From NCBI GenBank assembly GCA_013239625.1, contig MU054323.1:17550029-17614028 (forward strand): a stretch of DNA of 64,000 bases. The letters are read 5' to 3'. The position numbers and the translations under genes are program-made. Below the pieces are notes generated by a model, which was given only the letters and a program-made list of their open reading frames with translations, searched no databases and was not told where the DNA came from. Below are positions 1 to 12,500 of the stretch, one piece after another (within the stretch, counting starts at the first letter, position 1; each line of letters opens with the position of its first letter). The stretch is from Lama guanicoe. Its lineage: Eukaryota.

Positions 1-397
1 AAAAATACCATATGATATCACTCATATATGGAATCTAAAAAGACAAATGAACTTATGAACTTATTTACAAAACAGAATCAGACTCAGACATAGAAAACAA
101 ACTTATGGTTACCAGGCAGGGAAGGGATAAATTAGGATTTTGAGATTTGCAGATACCAACTACTATATATAAAACAGATATACAATAAGTTTATACCATA
201 TAGCACAGAAACTATATTCAGTATCTTGCAGTAATCCATAATGAAGAATATACAAATGAATATATGTATGTATGTGTATGACTGAACTATTATGCTGTAC
301 ACCAGAAACTGACACAACATTGTAAACTGACTATACTTCAATAAAAAAACCCGCAAAACCCCAAAACCAAAACCAACCAACCAACCAACCAAAAAAC
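1..397 (+). mobile_element. L1 3' end (artiodactyl-type) with A-rich/(AACC)n tail
   Basis: atgatatcactcatatatggaatctaaaa...actatacttcaataaaaaaa; resembles 51150-51490. Confidence 0.85.
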
Positions 398-2230
398 AGT
401 GAGAGAGAACTACTCACAGACAAGGGAACAGCAATATGATTAACGTCTGATTTCTCATCAGAAAAATAATAGCAAAAAATCAATAAAGCAAAAAAAAAAT
501 GGTTCTTGAAAAACATCAACAAAATTATTGAATCTTTATCTAGACTGACTAAGAAAAAAGAAAGAAAAATTACCAAAATCAGGACCACTCTACAGAAATT
601 AAAAAGGTAAAAAGAGAATATTATGAACAACTTTATGCAACCAAATTAAACTACTTTGTTGAACCAATGCCTAAAAAGACACAAAATACCAAACTGACTA
701 GAGGAAAAATAGAAAATCTTATTACACCCATAATAAAAAATAAAGAAACTGAATTGGTAATTAAAATCTACCCACGAAGAAAAGCCCAGGCTCAGATGGC
801 TTCAGAGAGAAATTCTATAAAAAATTCAAAGAATTGATACCAATCCTTCACAAACTGTTCTAAAAAACAGAAGAGGGAAGAACATTTCCCAACTAATTCT
901 ATAAGGCCAGTACTACCCTGATAACCAAGTCAGACAAAGAAATCACACAAAGAACTACAGACCATTATTCTCATTAATATAGACACAAGAATCCTCAACA
1001 GAATAATTAGCATAAACGTATAAAACGGATATACATCATGTCTATGACAGATTTATCCCAGGAATGCAAGCTTACTATAATACCTGAGAATCAATAACGT
1101 AAAACACCATATTAACAGAATAAAAGACAAAGGACATGATCATCTTAGCAGATATAAAAAAAGGATTTGATAAAACTCAACACCCATTCACAATAAAAAT
1201 CTCAACAGACTAGTAATAAGAGGAAACCTCTTACAGGGCAGATCTATGAAAAATCTACAGTTGGCATCATGCTTAATGGTGAAAGACTGAATGTATCTCC
1301 CCTAAGATTGGGGGAAAAAATGTTTGCTTTCACTTCTATTTAACATTGTTTTGGAAGTTCTCACCAGTGCAGTAAGTCAAGTAAAAGAAACTACAGGTAT
1401 ATAGATTGGGAATGGAAAGAAAAACCACTATTATTTGGAAATGGTATGCTACTGTGTGTAGAAAATCCTAATGAGTCTACAAAAAAATGCTGTAACTAAT
1501 GAACAAATGTGCAATGTAGTAGGATCCAAGGTCAGAATACAATAAAAAATTGTATTTTTACATACTGGTAACAAACAATTTGAAAATGAAATTAAAAATA
1601 AAAACACTCCACTCACAGTAACATCAGGAGAATCACATATTTAGGGACAAAATTTAAAAAGTGAAGTGCAAGACCTGTCCACAGGAAATTAAAGCACGGC
1701 CGAGAGGAATTAAAACAGGTTTAAAGAAAAGGAGAGAAATGCCATGGTCATGGATAGGAAAACTCAGCAAGATGTCAGTTCTCCATAAATTCATCTATAG
1801 ATCAAATTGAACCTCTATTAAAAAATAGGCTTTTTTGGGGGGGTAGAAGTCGACAAGATGAACCTAAGATTTATATGGAAATGCACAGGACCCAGAAGAG
1901 CCAAAACAACTTGGAGTACGGATAAACTTGGAAAACTTATCATCACCTGACTTCAAATTTTACTACAAAGTTACGGTATATTAAGGGAGTAATGATATTG
2001 GCTTAAGGACAGACATATATATCAGTGGAACAAAAGAGCGAGTCAAGAAATAAACCCCTTGATTAATGATCAATTGATTTTGGCAACGATGCCAAGGCAA
2101 TTCAATAAGGAAAATATCTTTTTCATCAAACAGCGCTAGGACGGCTGGGTATCCATATGCAAAAAAACAAGGATTAAAAACAAAAAAACTTAAGATAGCT
2201 ACCTCATACAATATATCAGAATTAACTCAC
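398..2230 (+). mobile_element. Old degraded L1 (L1M): short ORF1 piece followed by ORF2/RT remnants
   Basis: Recognisable L1 ORF2 motifs (aaagcccaggctcagatggcttc, tttatcccaggaatgcaag, gtagaaaatccta) with many stops and frameshifts. Confidence 0.85.
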
Positions 2231-2810
2231 TGAGAAGGACAGAGCATCACCTCTGTGATATTTTTGCCAAAAATGCAAAACCTGAATCTAATTATGAGGA
2301 AACAGCAGACAAAGTCAAATTGAGGGCCATTCTACAAATAATGGGCCTGTGTTCTTAAAAAATATCAAGGTCCTGAAAGACAAAGGTCAAAGTACGATTC
2401 CAGACTGAAGGAGACTGAAGAGATGTGAAAACACAATGTAATGCCTGATCCCTGAATTGGACCCTGGAACGGGGAAGAGTAACTATTAAAAAATCATACT
2501 GGGATAACTGGCAAAACCTAAATACTGACGGTGGATCAGATACCAAGTTTCCTGATTTTGGTAATCTGTACTGTGCTTATGTCCTGATTCTTAGGACATA
2601 TACACTGAACCACTTAAGGGAAACGGATATGATGTCTGCAAGTTACTCTCAAATGGTACAGAAAGATTAATATGCATATACATATATATACAAAGAGAGG
2701 TAGAAAGGAAATGATAAAATAAATGGAGTAAAATTTAAATAACGAATGAATATAGATGTATGGGAGTTCCCTGTACTATTCTTGCAGGTTTGAAATTATA
2801 TAAAAATTGA
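2231..2810 (+). mobile_element. L1MC-like 3'UTR remnant
   Basis: aacctgaatctaattatgaggaaacagcagacaaa...aaattgagggccattctacaa motif. Confidence 0.65.
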
Positions 2811-4317
2811 GCTATTTTTAAAACCCATATATAGTGGGACTAAAGTGTCTCAACTCGCTTTTTTTCCTGTATATCTACTTCACTTACACCAAAAATATCT
2901 TTCTTAAACATCAATATAATCAGATATTGTCCTCCCTCAAAAATGTGTGTGGCCTCAGAAGAAAGTTCAAACTGTGGTATGATGTTTACAGGCCTTTCCA
3001 TCCTGGTCTCAGTGAACCTTTCCTGCACGGCTTCTCAGATTCTTCCCCAAACACTTTCAGATCTCTCAGTCTCTGTTTACACCCCTGCTTGGAAGGTTTG
3101 ACCCCGAAATCCTTTGTTGTTCAACTCAAACAGTCTTTTCTACTTAGCCTTCCCCATCCCCAAAGGCAAGCTCTCTCTCTGCACACATACTGAGTTAACA
3201 ACTCCCCCCCCTCCCCCTGCTCCTTTTTCACACATTATTCATCACACCTGACTTCTACTGTTTGCCCATAGTCTGGCACACAGTAGGTGCTCAGCCTGTC
3301 TGTTGTAGTCCTGCCATAATTTTATTCTCTAGCTTTTCTACAAAATATGCAGAATGACTTTCTTTGTTAAGCAAAGGCAATCATTACATTCTGCTTGTTA
3401 ATATAGTAACCTGGGCAGGAAATCAAGATTAAACTGTGAGTTAGCTATTGGCAGGGAATAGATGCAATTGGCTTAAAGTATTTTTCACAGTAATTAGTGA
3501 CCTTCAATCTGAACCTATGTACCTCTTGGCTACAGGGACTCCTGACTTGAGAATTTACCAAATATTTGACTGTTAACAATGTTCTGTGTACAAAGGGAAG
3601 CAAAAACAGGCATAGACTTGGGCCAGTTGGTGAATATACAAAGATAAACAGATAGATACTTGAGCGGATCATTAAATTCCTTGAAAATTTTCTATTGAAC
3701 TGCTTTGGTCTTGAGGATTTGAAAAAGGATGCACATAGACACGGAGAAAACACTTGGAGGAAGATTATATTCCACGATTGTATCACAAAGCAGGTCATGA
3801 GGGCTTGAGCAAGTCTTTAAAGAATACACTGACAGAAGAAGAGCAAAATTAAGTAGGGAAGAGGAAATAGGGCAAAAAAACACATTAACTGCCTAATCTA
3901 AAAGTTTATAGGCAACTCGTGTAAAATAGTGGCGTTAGGAATGAGGTTTCCCCGCTGTGGATTCTACAGGCTAAAAGTCATAATCTGCTGTGTTGTTATT
4001 GTTTCCAATGCAACAAACATACATTTATCTTTAATAAAATGGACCAGGAAAATGGGCTGTAAGACAATCCTCCATCTGTCTTACAAACATAATACCTAAT
4101 TGCAGAACTTTAAAAGTACACACATCTCTTTATAAACTTGTCTTGGTTATAGTACAATTGGATTAATTAAAAGCATCCCCAGAAAACCAGAAGGCCATAC
4201 ACTTTTCATAATCCAAGAAGCTAATTTTGTTTAAAAACCTCACCTGTCTTGTGTACACAGGACAGATTTGTAAGTCTGGCATAATCCATTTTATTTCCAA
4301 GCCTCTAAACTGGTCTT

Positions 4318-4446
4318 TTTGTTTGTTGTTTGTTTTGTCCTTGTTGTTTTGGGGGAGGTAATTAGGTATTTATTTATTTCGATGGAGGTACCAGGACCTT
4401 GTGCATGCTAGGTGTGCACTCTACCACCCAGCTATACCCTGCCCCT
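4318..4446 (-). mobile_element. tRNA-derived SINE (Vic-1-like), internally deleted
   Basis: Reverse of gggtatagctgggtggtagag...tacctcca plus A-rich tail; TSD taaactggtctt (4306-4317) / taaactagtctt (4447-4458). Confidence 0.85.
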
Positions 4447-4489
4447 TAAACTAGTCTTGACTATACGTTTAATGACAGCCCAGCTTCGC

Positions 4490-5130
4490 CACACCACATG
4501 GGTCCCCCAAAGTGCAGATGCGCCCTCGCTCGCCTCCCCAGGGCGGCGCCTCCCTCCAGCCCCCGGGAGGCCGCACCGGGAGGGTCGTTTTTCCGGCGGG
4601 AGCCACTCTTCACCTTTTGCCCCTCGCCCCCACCCCTGCCTGTCCCGCCAGAGGCCGCCGAAGGGGAAGACTTTCGCGCTCCCCTTCTCTCAGGAGCCTT
4701 TTCTAGGAGCCTCCATCCACACTCCACTTCTCTCTCCAATCCCCCGCGCCGACCCGCTTCCACCCGGCCCCCGCCCGCCGCCGGCGGCACCCGCACTTAC
4801 GGCGCGGACGCGGCGACGGCGACGCAGCCCCGAGCAGCCCCGAGCAGCCCCGGCGGCCCCGACTCCGGCGCGGGGCGCGGGACGCAGCCAGCCAGCGGCG
4901 CAGCGACTCCGGAGCGCCCCCGCCGCGGCGTCTCCCGGGCAACCGGACGCTCGGGCCGCGCGGGCCCCGCGGCTTCCGGAGCGGGTTCCCCTGGCACCCA
5001 CCGCAGGGGAAGCCCGCGCGCCCGGCTCAGCATCTCGGTGGCTCATCTTTGGGCTGAGCCCTGAAGTGTGGACACGGCAGCGATCTCTCCTCGGAGAACC
5101 CTTTCAAGATGCCTTGAAGGAGGCACTCGG
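4490..5130. promoter_or_regulatory. CpG island, probable promoter of the downstream minus-strand gene (CDKL4 by synteny)
   Basis: Very GC- and CpG-dense block in an AT-rich background, with GC boxes; gene order MAP4K3-CDKL4-SOS1 recalled from human. Confidence 0.8.
4801..5040 (-). other. CDKL4: Candidate first (probably non-coding) exon of CDKL4; 5' end unknown
   Basis: Donor GCC|gtaagt at 4801/4800 inside the CpG island; gene identity rests on synteny only, no CDKL4 coding sequence is in the window. Confidence 0.5.
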
Positions 5131-5329
5131 GAGACGTTTTAACTGCTTTTCCATAACACTGTTCCTTTCCAAGGCCTCAGGAGCACAAAGATTAAGCCCT
5201 TGTAAACGTTGATGTTAGTCCATCTCCCTGCCTGGGCAGAGACCTTTTCTCATCTTCAGTTCTCCACTTCCTTCATGTGCTTAGAAATATGCTTTAATTT
5301 CCCACCTTCAGAAACAAAACCAAACCAGT

Positions 5330-5975
5330 AACCTTTATCTCCTTCCTCTTTCAAGACCAAACATAACTCCCACTAAACTCAAATTTACATAAACTCACGT
5401 CAACTTATTTCTCTTATCATCTTTGCCCTCATCATGCTACATAGATAATTTTCTCAGTAAGGATCCAAGCCATCACCTTAGGTACAAACCCAATGGCTAT
5501 TTTCATCTTCATGGAACCTGATCCCTGCAGTTTCTTTAACTGTTGACTACGGGATCTACTTTTCTCATTAGGAAGCTCTTCGCAATGAGGCCCATCCTTT
5601 TTTTCTAGCTTCAGGCCTTGTTACTCTGCTCTACACACCTTAAGCTCAGCTGCATTTAGCATCACTTTTCCTTGAACATGCAGTATTTTTGCATATGGCT
5701 TAGTCTAGCCACAGCTCCCTACCTTGATTTTTTTCTGCACTCGATAAACTCCTCTTCATCTATCAACAGCTTGGTTTATATATAATGTTCTACACAAAAG
5801 TTTTCCTTTTCCCAAAGCAGAATTAGGCACAGCCTTTTGTACCTTTCCTTAAATTTATCTTTATTCATCCAAGCATGCTCCTGGAATACTGGGAATGATG
5901 CCTTTTCCATCTTTTCCCCAGTGCCAGTAAAGTGCCTTAATCCATTGTAAGTAATCAATGCATATTGGTTAAATA
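5330..5975 (+). mobile_element. L2 remnant
   Basis: Pyrimidine-rich degenerate L2-like sequence ending ccccagtgcc...gtaatcaatgcatattggttaaat. Confidence 0.45.
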
Positions 5976-6289
5976 ATTACTTCACAAGAATTAAAAAAAA
6001 AAAGAAAAAAAAAGTCTTTGTAATGAGTTTTGACTAGACTTATTTCATAAGCTTTAACTGTAAAATTAATTATATGCAAATCTTTTTATTCTTACATAAA
6101 AACACACTGAATAAAGAAAATGCAAACAATTAATGCAGAAAGTTAATTTCTCTTTTGCTGCAAAGAGACAGTGAAAATCAGAATTTGAAATCCAATTCCT
6201 GGAGAAAGTAAGTCTAATTGCAGGGGAGCAATGCTACAATGTATTTCTGAGGGTAGTAGATATACTGTATATATTCTGAGTACTACAGT

Positions 6290-6545
6290 CTGGTACAGTA
6301 GTTAAGAATATACACCTTGAACTAAGTGCCTAGGTTCAAATCTTAGCTCTACTACTTACCAGCTATATTCTTGGGCAAGTTATTTAACCTTTGTGTTGCC
6401 CTAGTTTCATCTCTAAAGTGGCATTAACAATTCCTCCCTCACTGGGCTGTTCTGGCACCTCACTGGGACAATCTATGTAAATTTAGCACATGGAATAATA
6501 GCACCTGGCACACAGATACGTGCACTGGGCACTTCCTGTTACTAT
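6290..6545 (+). mobile_element. MIR
   Basis: ggttcaaatcttagctctactacttaccagct...ttgggcaagttatttaacct core. Confidence 0.8.
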
Positions 6546-6859
6546 GTCTCCTCAAGTAATACTCTTAATGTCTACCCATTATTTCATATAGCACACTTCC
6601 CTCCACCTTCCTTCTAGTAATGGTGAAAACTGATACCTGTCCTTTATTTCCTTGTCTCTACTGAAATCAGTGATCTACTTGCTAGATGAATGATGCCAAC
6701 AGGCCCAGGAACAACTGATCTCATTCTTCTTAACACCGTCTAAGAAACTAGCTAACAAGATAGACAGCTTTGAATTTCAGTGAGGATGAAATCGTTTGTT
6801 TCCAACATTTCAGTTAGTAGTTCTCTTCCTTTTGAGTGAATAAAGGGCCTCAATCAAAA

Positions 6860-7110
6860 GTTACTGGGTGGAGCCCCCAAATCTCCATTTTTATGTGTTA
6901 TCAAAGATTCTTCTTTCTGAGGCAGGTGGTACTTGGACCACACTCAGAAACACTGGTTTAAATTCAGTGTTGGGCCAGTGGTTCTCACGGAGGGCTGCAT
7001 ATCACAATCATTTGTACAACTTCATAAAAATACAGGTTACTGGGCCTCATCCTCAAAAATTGATTCCAGGGGTCAGTAGTTTTAAAAAGCCCATATGTAA
7101 CACACAACCA
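6860..7110. mobile_element. MER5-like hAT-Charlie fragments
   Basis: ggaccacactcagaaacactg and cagtggttctca...gggcctcatcctca motifs. Confidence 0.55.
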
Positions 7111-7664
7111 GTTGTGTACTTTATTTTCTGTAAATATTTTGAAATGCTTGACAGTTAAACGTGATGGTTTAGTGTTTTGCGATGTGACCCTTTATATAAT
7201 TTATGGGACTTAGACACTAGAAAAAAGCAGTGGCCCAGAAAAAGGATCAACAATGTTGTCAATAAATGGCAAGGATAGAATACTGATTTCTCAAAAACCT
7301 TTTCCACGAGCCTCTGTTTTTTCAACAAACTGATGATGATGTTATACTGATAAAAGACGTGTTTTTGAAAATCATTATTCAGTTATTAATGTTAAGATTA
7401 GTCACAATGTATTTGGGAAAAGTGATAAATGTACACAACTGCTATGACTATTAACATCTGTGTGATTTAGAAGTCACAGTTTTACATAAAGAAACTGTTC
7501 TGGAGTCAAGTCAGTCACCCAAGGTGGCAACAACAGGCAGGAGCATTCACAGGAGTAGAAACGCCACCTCTTGCTCCCAGCACAGTTCTTCCCACCGAAT
7601 CGTCCCCTCTCCGGCCTCCGGAACTGCATTCCCAACACTCTCCCTTCTGTTCTCCGACCCAGGA

Positions 7665-7866
7665 AGCAGCAAACTCTGTCCATATGGGGGCAGATGGTAA
7701 GTATTTTAGGCTCTGTGGGCCATACAGTTTATTTGGGAAAACTGTATTTTTGGCAAAAGCAGCTATACAGACAACGTGTAAATGAGTATGTTTCCCAGTA
7801 AAATTTATTTATAAAAATAGGCATTGAATAGGATTGGGCTGAGGAATGCAGTTTGCCAATCCCTGC
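7665..7866 (+). mobile_element. MER58A-like hAT-Charlie MITE
   Basis: cagcaaact...cagatggtaagtattttaggctctgtgggcca...gcagtttgccaatccctg. Confidence 0.75.
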
Positions 7867-8145
7867 TCTAACCAAAAGGTTACGAATGTTTTACTGATTT
7901 TCCTGATCAGGAAGTTGAAGATTCTACAAAAGATGCCGTTTTCTCAAATGAGGGAATATCAGTCCTTTATGAAATTGAGATGAACAGATTGAATAAAAAT
8001 TTCATGAGCTGAGGGATCAGAATGGTCACCTAAGGATTTAATGCAGAATAATTAAAAAAATTTTCTCCTTAATATGTTTTAGTCTCACTATATACAGATT
8101 AAGCCAGATGACGACCTACTATACAACAGCATGTTAAAAAACATG

Positions 8146-8151
8146 TTTATT
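8146..8151 (-). terminator. Polyadenylation signal AATAAA of MAP4K3
   Basis: tttatt on + strand; UGUA motifs just upstream and U/GU-rich sequence downstream on the minus strand. Confidence 0.7.
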
Positions 8152-8407
8152 TTACACTATGTACAATCATGAACATATTTAAAAGCATTGTCAATTAAAA
8201 TAAATGAAGACCATTAAATCACAATTTAGTTTGTTCTTAGTGTATATACTCACATTAAAATATAAAGAACATATACCAAAAAAGAGCCAAAAGTGTGCAT
8301 TTTGCTAAAACTTGGTATATACATATTCCACTGGAAAAAAGCAATCAAAAATGACTTTAACCAAAACCAAGTTCCTGTGATGTGTAGTAACCATTACATT
8401 GTTTATA

Positions 8408-8415
8408 TGAGGTAG
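8408..8415 (-). promoter_or_regulatory. let-7/miR-98 8mer site (CTACCTCA) in the 3'UTR
   Basis: + strand tgaggtag(taa) is identical to the let-7 family 5' end. Confidence 0.75.
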
Positions 8416-9477
8416 TAACTAAATTATTTTGGCCATGTGTTAAATATTCTAAATCAAAAGAAACATGAAAATGATCATAAAATAAGGCCAACAAAAGTAA
8501 AAATTCCACTAGAAATTTGAACCACTTCACTCTATGGAATGTCATAGTTCTTTAAAGTGATTATATGAAATGTTTAGTGTGGACTCTCTGATATGCTTAT
8601 ACTTTGTGCATACTGTAACTCGGCCAACAACTGCAGTGTTACATCACGGTACCGCTATTCTGTGATTCAAAAATTTCCCAAAGGTATTGTTTTTAAGCAC
8701 AGACAAGCCATCTTACAGGATTCTGCTTAAATATAAAAAGACCAGTTACTACGACAGAGGGTTAATTGGTTTGCTTCACGTAGAAAACAATCCAAATACA
8801 TTTAAAAAAGATGTTGTGGAGCTGAATGCACATTGACAATGTCACAGCTTACTTTTGTGACTTAATACATCACATATCAATACTTTGTGCAAATATAAAC
8901 ACACCAGTGTACTTGCATTAAAATTAAAAACAAGATTATAAAATGATTACAGCCTCTGTTACAATTTTAAAAGTTACAAGATTTATCTTTGTATTACTAA
9001 ATTACATATAATAAAAATACAATAGTGTTAAATGTACTGTTTCATTGCCAGCATCCCATTTTGTAATATAGCCACACCCAAGAATATACTAAAGAATTCT
9101 TAAAATATTAATCCCAATTGCATTTTCATCAACATTTACATCTGTACAGATATGACACTTACTTGTACATCTCATAAAAGTACATTATCTACATAAATTC
9201 TTAGTGTATGTCTTCAGCAATATGAAGTTTCACAGAAAAATTACTGCCTGTATATACAAAGATTACATAACAACGAATAAGCACTTGTGTGGTTCAGTAT
9301 GCTAAATATATCCATACCACTTAAAGCACACAATTTCCCCCTCTTGTCTCATGCCACAATAAATTACAAGTAACTGAAGCCAGGTTACTGCAGCTTTTGT
9401 ACAGCTTCAAGCATCCGTTAATGTTGCAGTGGTAGTGTTCGTTCTTTCTATAGTTAACTGTCAAAGCACAACATCTC

Positions 9478-9565
9478 TCAGTAACTGTTTTCATGACCCG
9501 CCAGGATGTATAAATTGCTATTTGCTGTGGGGTTATCAGTTGGCCTACTTTCCAAAACCACGACC
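9478..9565 (-). CDS. MAP4K3: MAP4K3 last exon, coding part [29 protein letters not shown]
   Basis: ttttag| acceptor; TGA stop at 9478-9480. Confidence 0.97.
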
Positions 9566-12500
9566 CTAAAATAGTAAACAAACAAAAAACATGTAACAAA
9601 ACAAAGTTACTCTTGAAAACTCATGTTAGCAGAAAATTTTCCCATTGCTTCTTCATTATATGCCTCTAATAAATGTTGGTTATTTGACTTGTGGGCAGAA
9701 ATCACTTGCAAATCACTGGGATTAAAGAGTCAATTCCAGCTCTGGGAAGTAATTTTGCCACCCACCACCTCCCACCTCTAAGCCAGTGTTGTTCTAAGAG
9801 TCAGGCAGGGCAAACCTGTAGTAGAAATAGTTTGGGAGAACTTAATTTCAATTACAAATTCCAAAAAGAATCTGTAGTTCAAGAATCAGAAAGTAAATCA
9901 GAATAGAACCCCCAAATCCTTTTTGGTACTAAAACTGAAAACGTTTCTGTTTGCTAGCATACAGTACCTCCTCTTTCTTGTGCTGTAAAGCATACTTTAA
10001 ATATTATGTTTAATGCAAAACTAGTACTGACAGATCAGTATATTCCTGCTACTTGGAAGGTCAGACACATTCCCAAAGGCTTTATAACTTTCTGACCTGT
10101 GAATTCTTATAGTATGAAAAATACAATGTTGAATATACTACTGCAGAAATTTCAAGTCTCTTGAAAAAGAAACCAGTTTCATGCTGGATTTATAAAACAC
10201 GTGTAGAACTATGTATTTAATATAACCCCTCTTCATACCTGTCAGATCCAAGCAGTCTGAAAATTCTTGTGCTATCTGAAATTTCTTGTGTTACCTGTTC
10301 AATTAAAATATCAATTTCTGAAATTAAAGGCACAGCATTTTATATGGGCATTTAATTTATAACACTAAAGAAAAGAAACATACTTCCTAAAATGGAAATA
10401 GATTTCTTTATGACTGTTAATTTGTTAAAGCAGCACACAGGTGCATCCATCTGTTAGTCTAGGAAAAATGTGGCTACTTTTCAGTTAATCATAAAGCATG
10501 ACAGTGGGAAACCATTTACTTGTTATACAGACTTCAAGGGAAAATTTAAAAGCAAAGCACCTAGTCCATTTTATTTATCAGAAACCTCACTTATGTTTGT
10601 GCTAACAGCAAGACTCCTGCAGCAGTAAGACACTTGGTCTGGTCCTTTTACTTAAAAGGCTGCCATGTGCTATGATGGGACAAACTCAGGACTCAAGTTG
10701 AAATTCCAGGTTTCCCACTTACCAGCTGTGATAATTATGCAAGGTATGCAATTTGTTTGTAATTCAGCAAAGTAGGACAGATAATGTCTACCTTGCATTG
10801 GTATCTTGCAGTATTCTCTTAAGTGTTAGTGGATATAATGCCTAGCTAAGGAATAATAATTCCCTTTTCCAGTCTCTTGAAATAATATTTTCTGATGGTG
10901 TATGTCCTAAAGTCCTCGGTGTGACTCCCCAACAATTACTAGTTGGGGAGTTAGCCTACAGGAGAGTAAGAAAAGCCTATAGGGGAAAGAGAAACCCACC
11001 GTTTACTGCTTACTGAATGCAAAACACCCCCAGTTATAATGGCAGTAGCTTCTCCCCTAAATTTGGCAGGCTGAAAAAACATTTGATTTTGAAACTGATT
11101 ATTCTGGAAACAACAGTGATTCTTGACTTCTTTTGTGACTCAGCACACCTGAAGGACACAACATGCTATAATAGTGGCTCATCATGACTGATTGTCGATG
11201 TGTTCTGGGGTTTGCCTACTAGAGGGACATACCATTTTTGGAGGGGTTGTATTTAGTAAGGGCTGCTTATGTTTGAAAAAGCCCTGCAGGTGACTTTTGG
11301 GGGCGAACTTGTGTTTTTTTAAACCATTCTCTTGTATCCCGCCTATGATGCCTTTCTTCCTCTGCCTGGTGTTCATTAGCTGTTGACTATTCTTATCTCC
11401 AGCCCCCACTGCTTCAAGTGATTTTAAAAAATCTTCCTGAGAAGTGAGCCCTCTTGTGGGAATTACTCGTAGAAACATACTGGCAGCCACCTTTCTTGAA
11501 CACTTACTATAGGCCAGGCGTTATGCTAAGCACATTACAGGCTTCCTTTCATTTAACCTTAGCAACCCTATGAAGGAAGTGCCATGTTGTTATCCTCAAT
11601 TCACAATGAAAAAACAGAGGTAAAGAGAAGTGAAGTGATATGCCAGGTCACACAGTTACTGAAGAGCAGAGCTGAGACTGAACCGGGTGTCTCCCCTGGT
11701 ACCCACGCTCGTGATCACTCTTCTGCACTGCTCATTTGGTTAGAAGAAATGCTCTGAGCTTAATGAATGACAGTTTAAAACACAAATGAGCTATTTTCTC
11801 GCTTTGGGCACCTAAGGTTTTCCTTTCCCTCTAATGCTCAAGTGAAAGTTTTACTACCGAGATTGGCTGGGGGGTATGAAAAAACTTAGGATGACTTTAC
11901 TAGCCTGTAATATTCTAGGGGGCAAGTACCAAGTCTTGTTCATGTTTGAAACCTCAGCACTTTCTGGTGTAAATGTTAAACTGAACTCAATACATCGTAT
12001 GACTTGGGGTTAAATTATTTCTGGAGTTAAATTAAGGTAAGAAGATAAGGAGATATAGGTAAGCTATTTAATAAAAAGGAGTAAGGTTAATAAAAGATTA
12101 GGGAAAAGGGAAAGGAAATGGGCAAAGAATCTTATAAATGTCAAGTGAATAAGGATAACAGAAATAGGAGGCAAGATGGCTTCAAGAGAAATGCAGAACC
12201 CTTTAGTGATAGCCTGCATTGGTCATTATTTCTGACATACAAAGTAGAGAGAGCCAGCATCGGCCGTCCCGTTCCAGGTGACAGTCTGGGAAAGCTAAGA
12301 GAAAACCACAGTATTTAGGGAGTTCCTGTTCTGCATATGAGGGTGATTATCTGGAAGCATGTAATGTGCACGGAAGTTGTTCAGGTGAGCGAAGAGAGGG
12401 AGATGTGTCTATAAAGTATGGGCTACTAATTTTAATCACTGGACTGAATACTGAAAATATTAATAAAGGTATTAGCAAGTCAAGTATTCCTTGTACCAAT

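Larger units (their letters stand above)
8125..9477 (-). other. MAP4K3: MAP4K3 3'UTR (end approximate)
   Basis: AU-rich, repeat-free stretch after the stop codon, containing miRNA seed matches and PUM elements and ending near AATAAA. Confidence 0.8.

Noticed and set aside
398..2230. Reverse-transcriptase-like sequence as a possible active or novel RT system
   Set aside because: Ordinary decayed L1 ORF2 with many stops and frameshifts
4412..5212. 266-aa, 188-aa and other overlapping ORFs
   Set aside because: Low-complexity P/A/R/G frames on both strands of a CpG island, where stops are rare; the longest begins at a GTG inside a SINE; no recognisable domain
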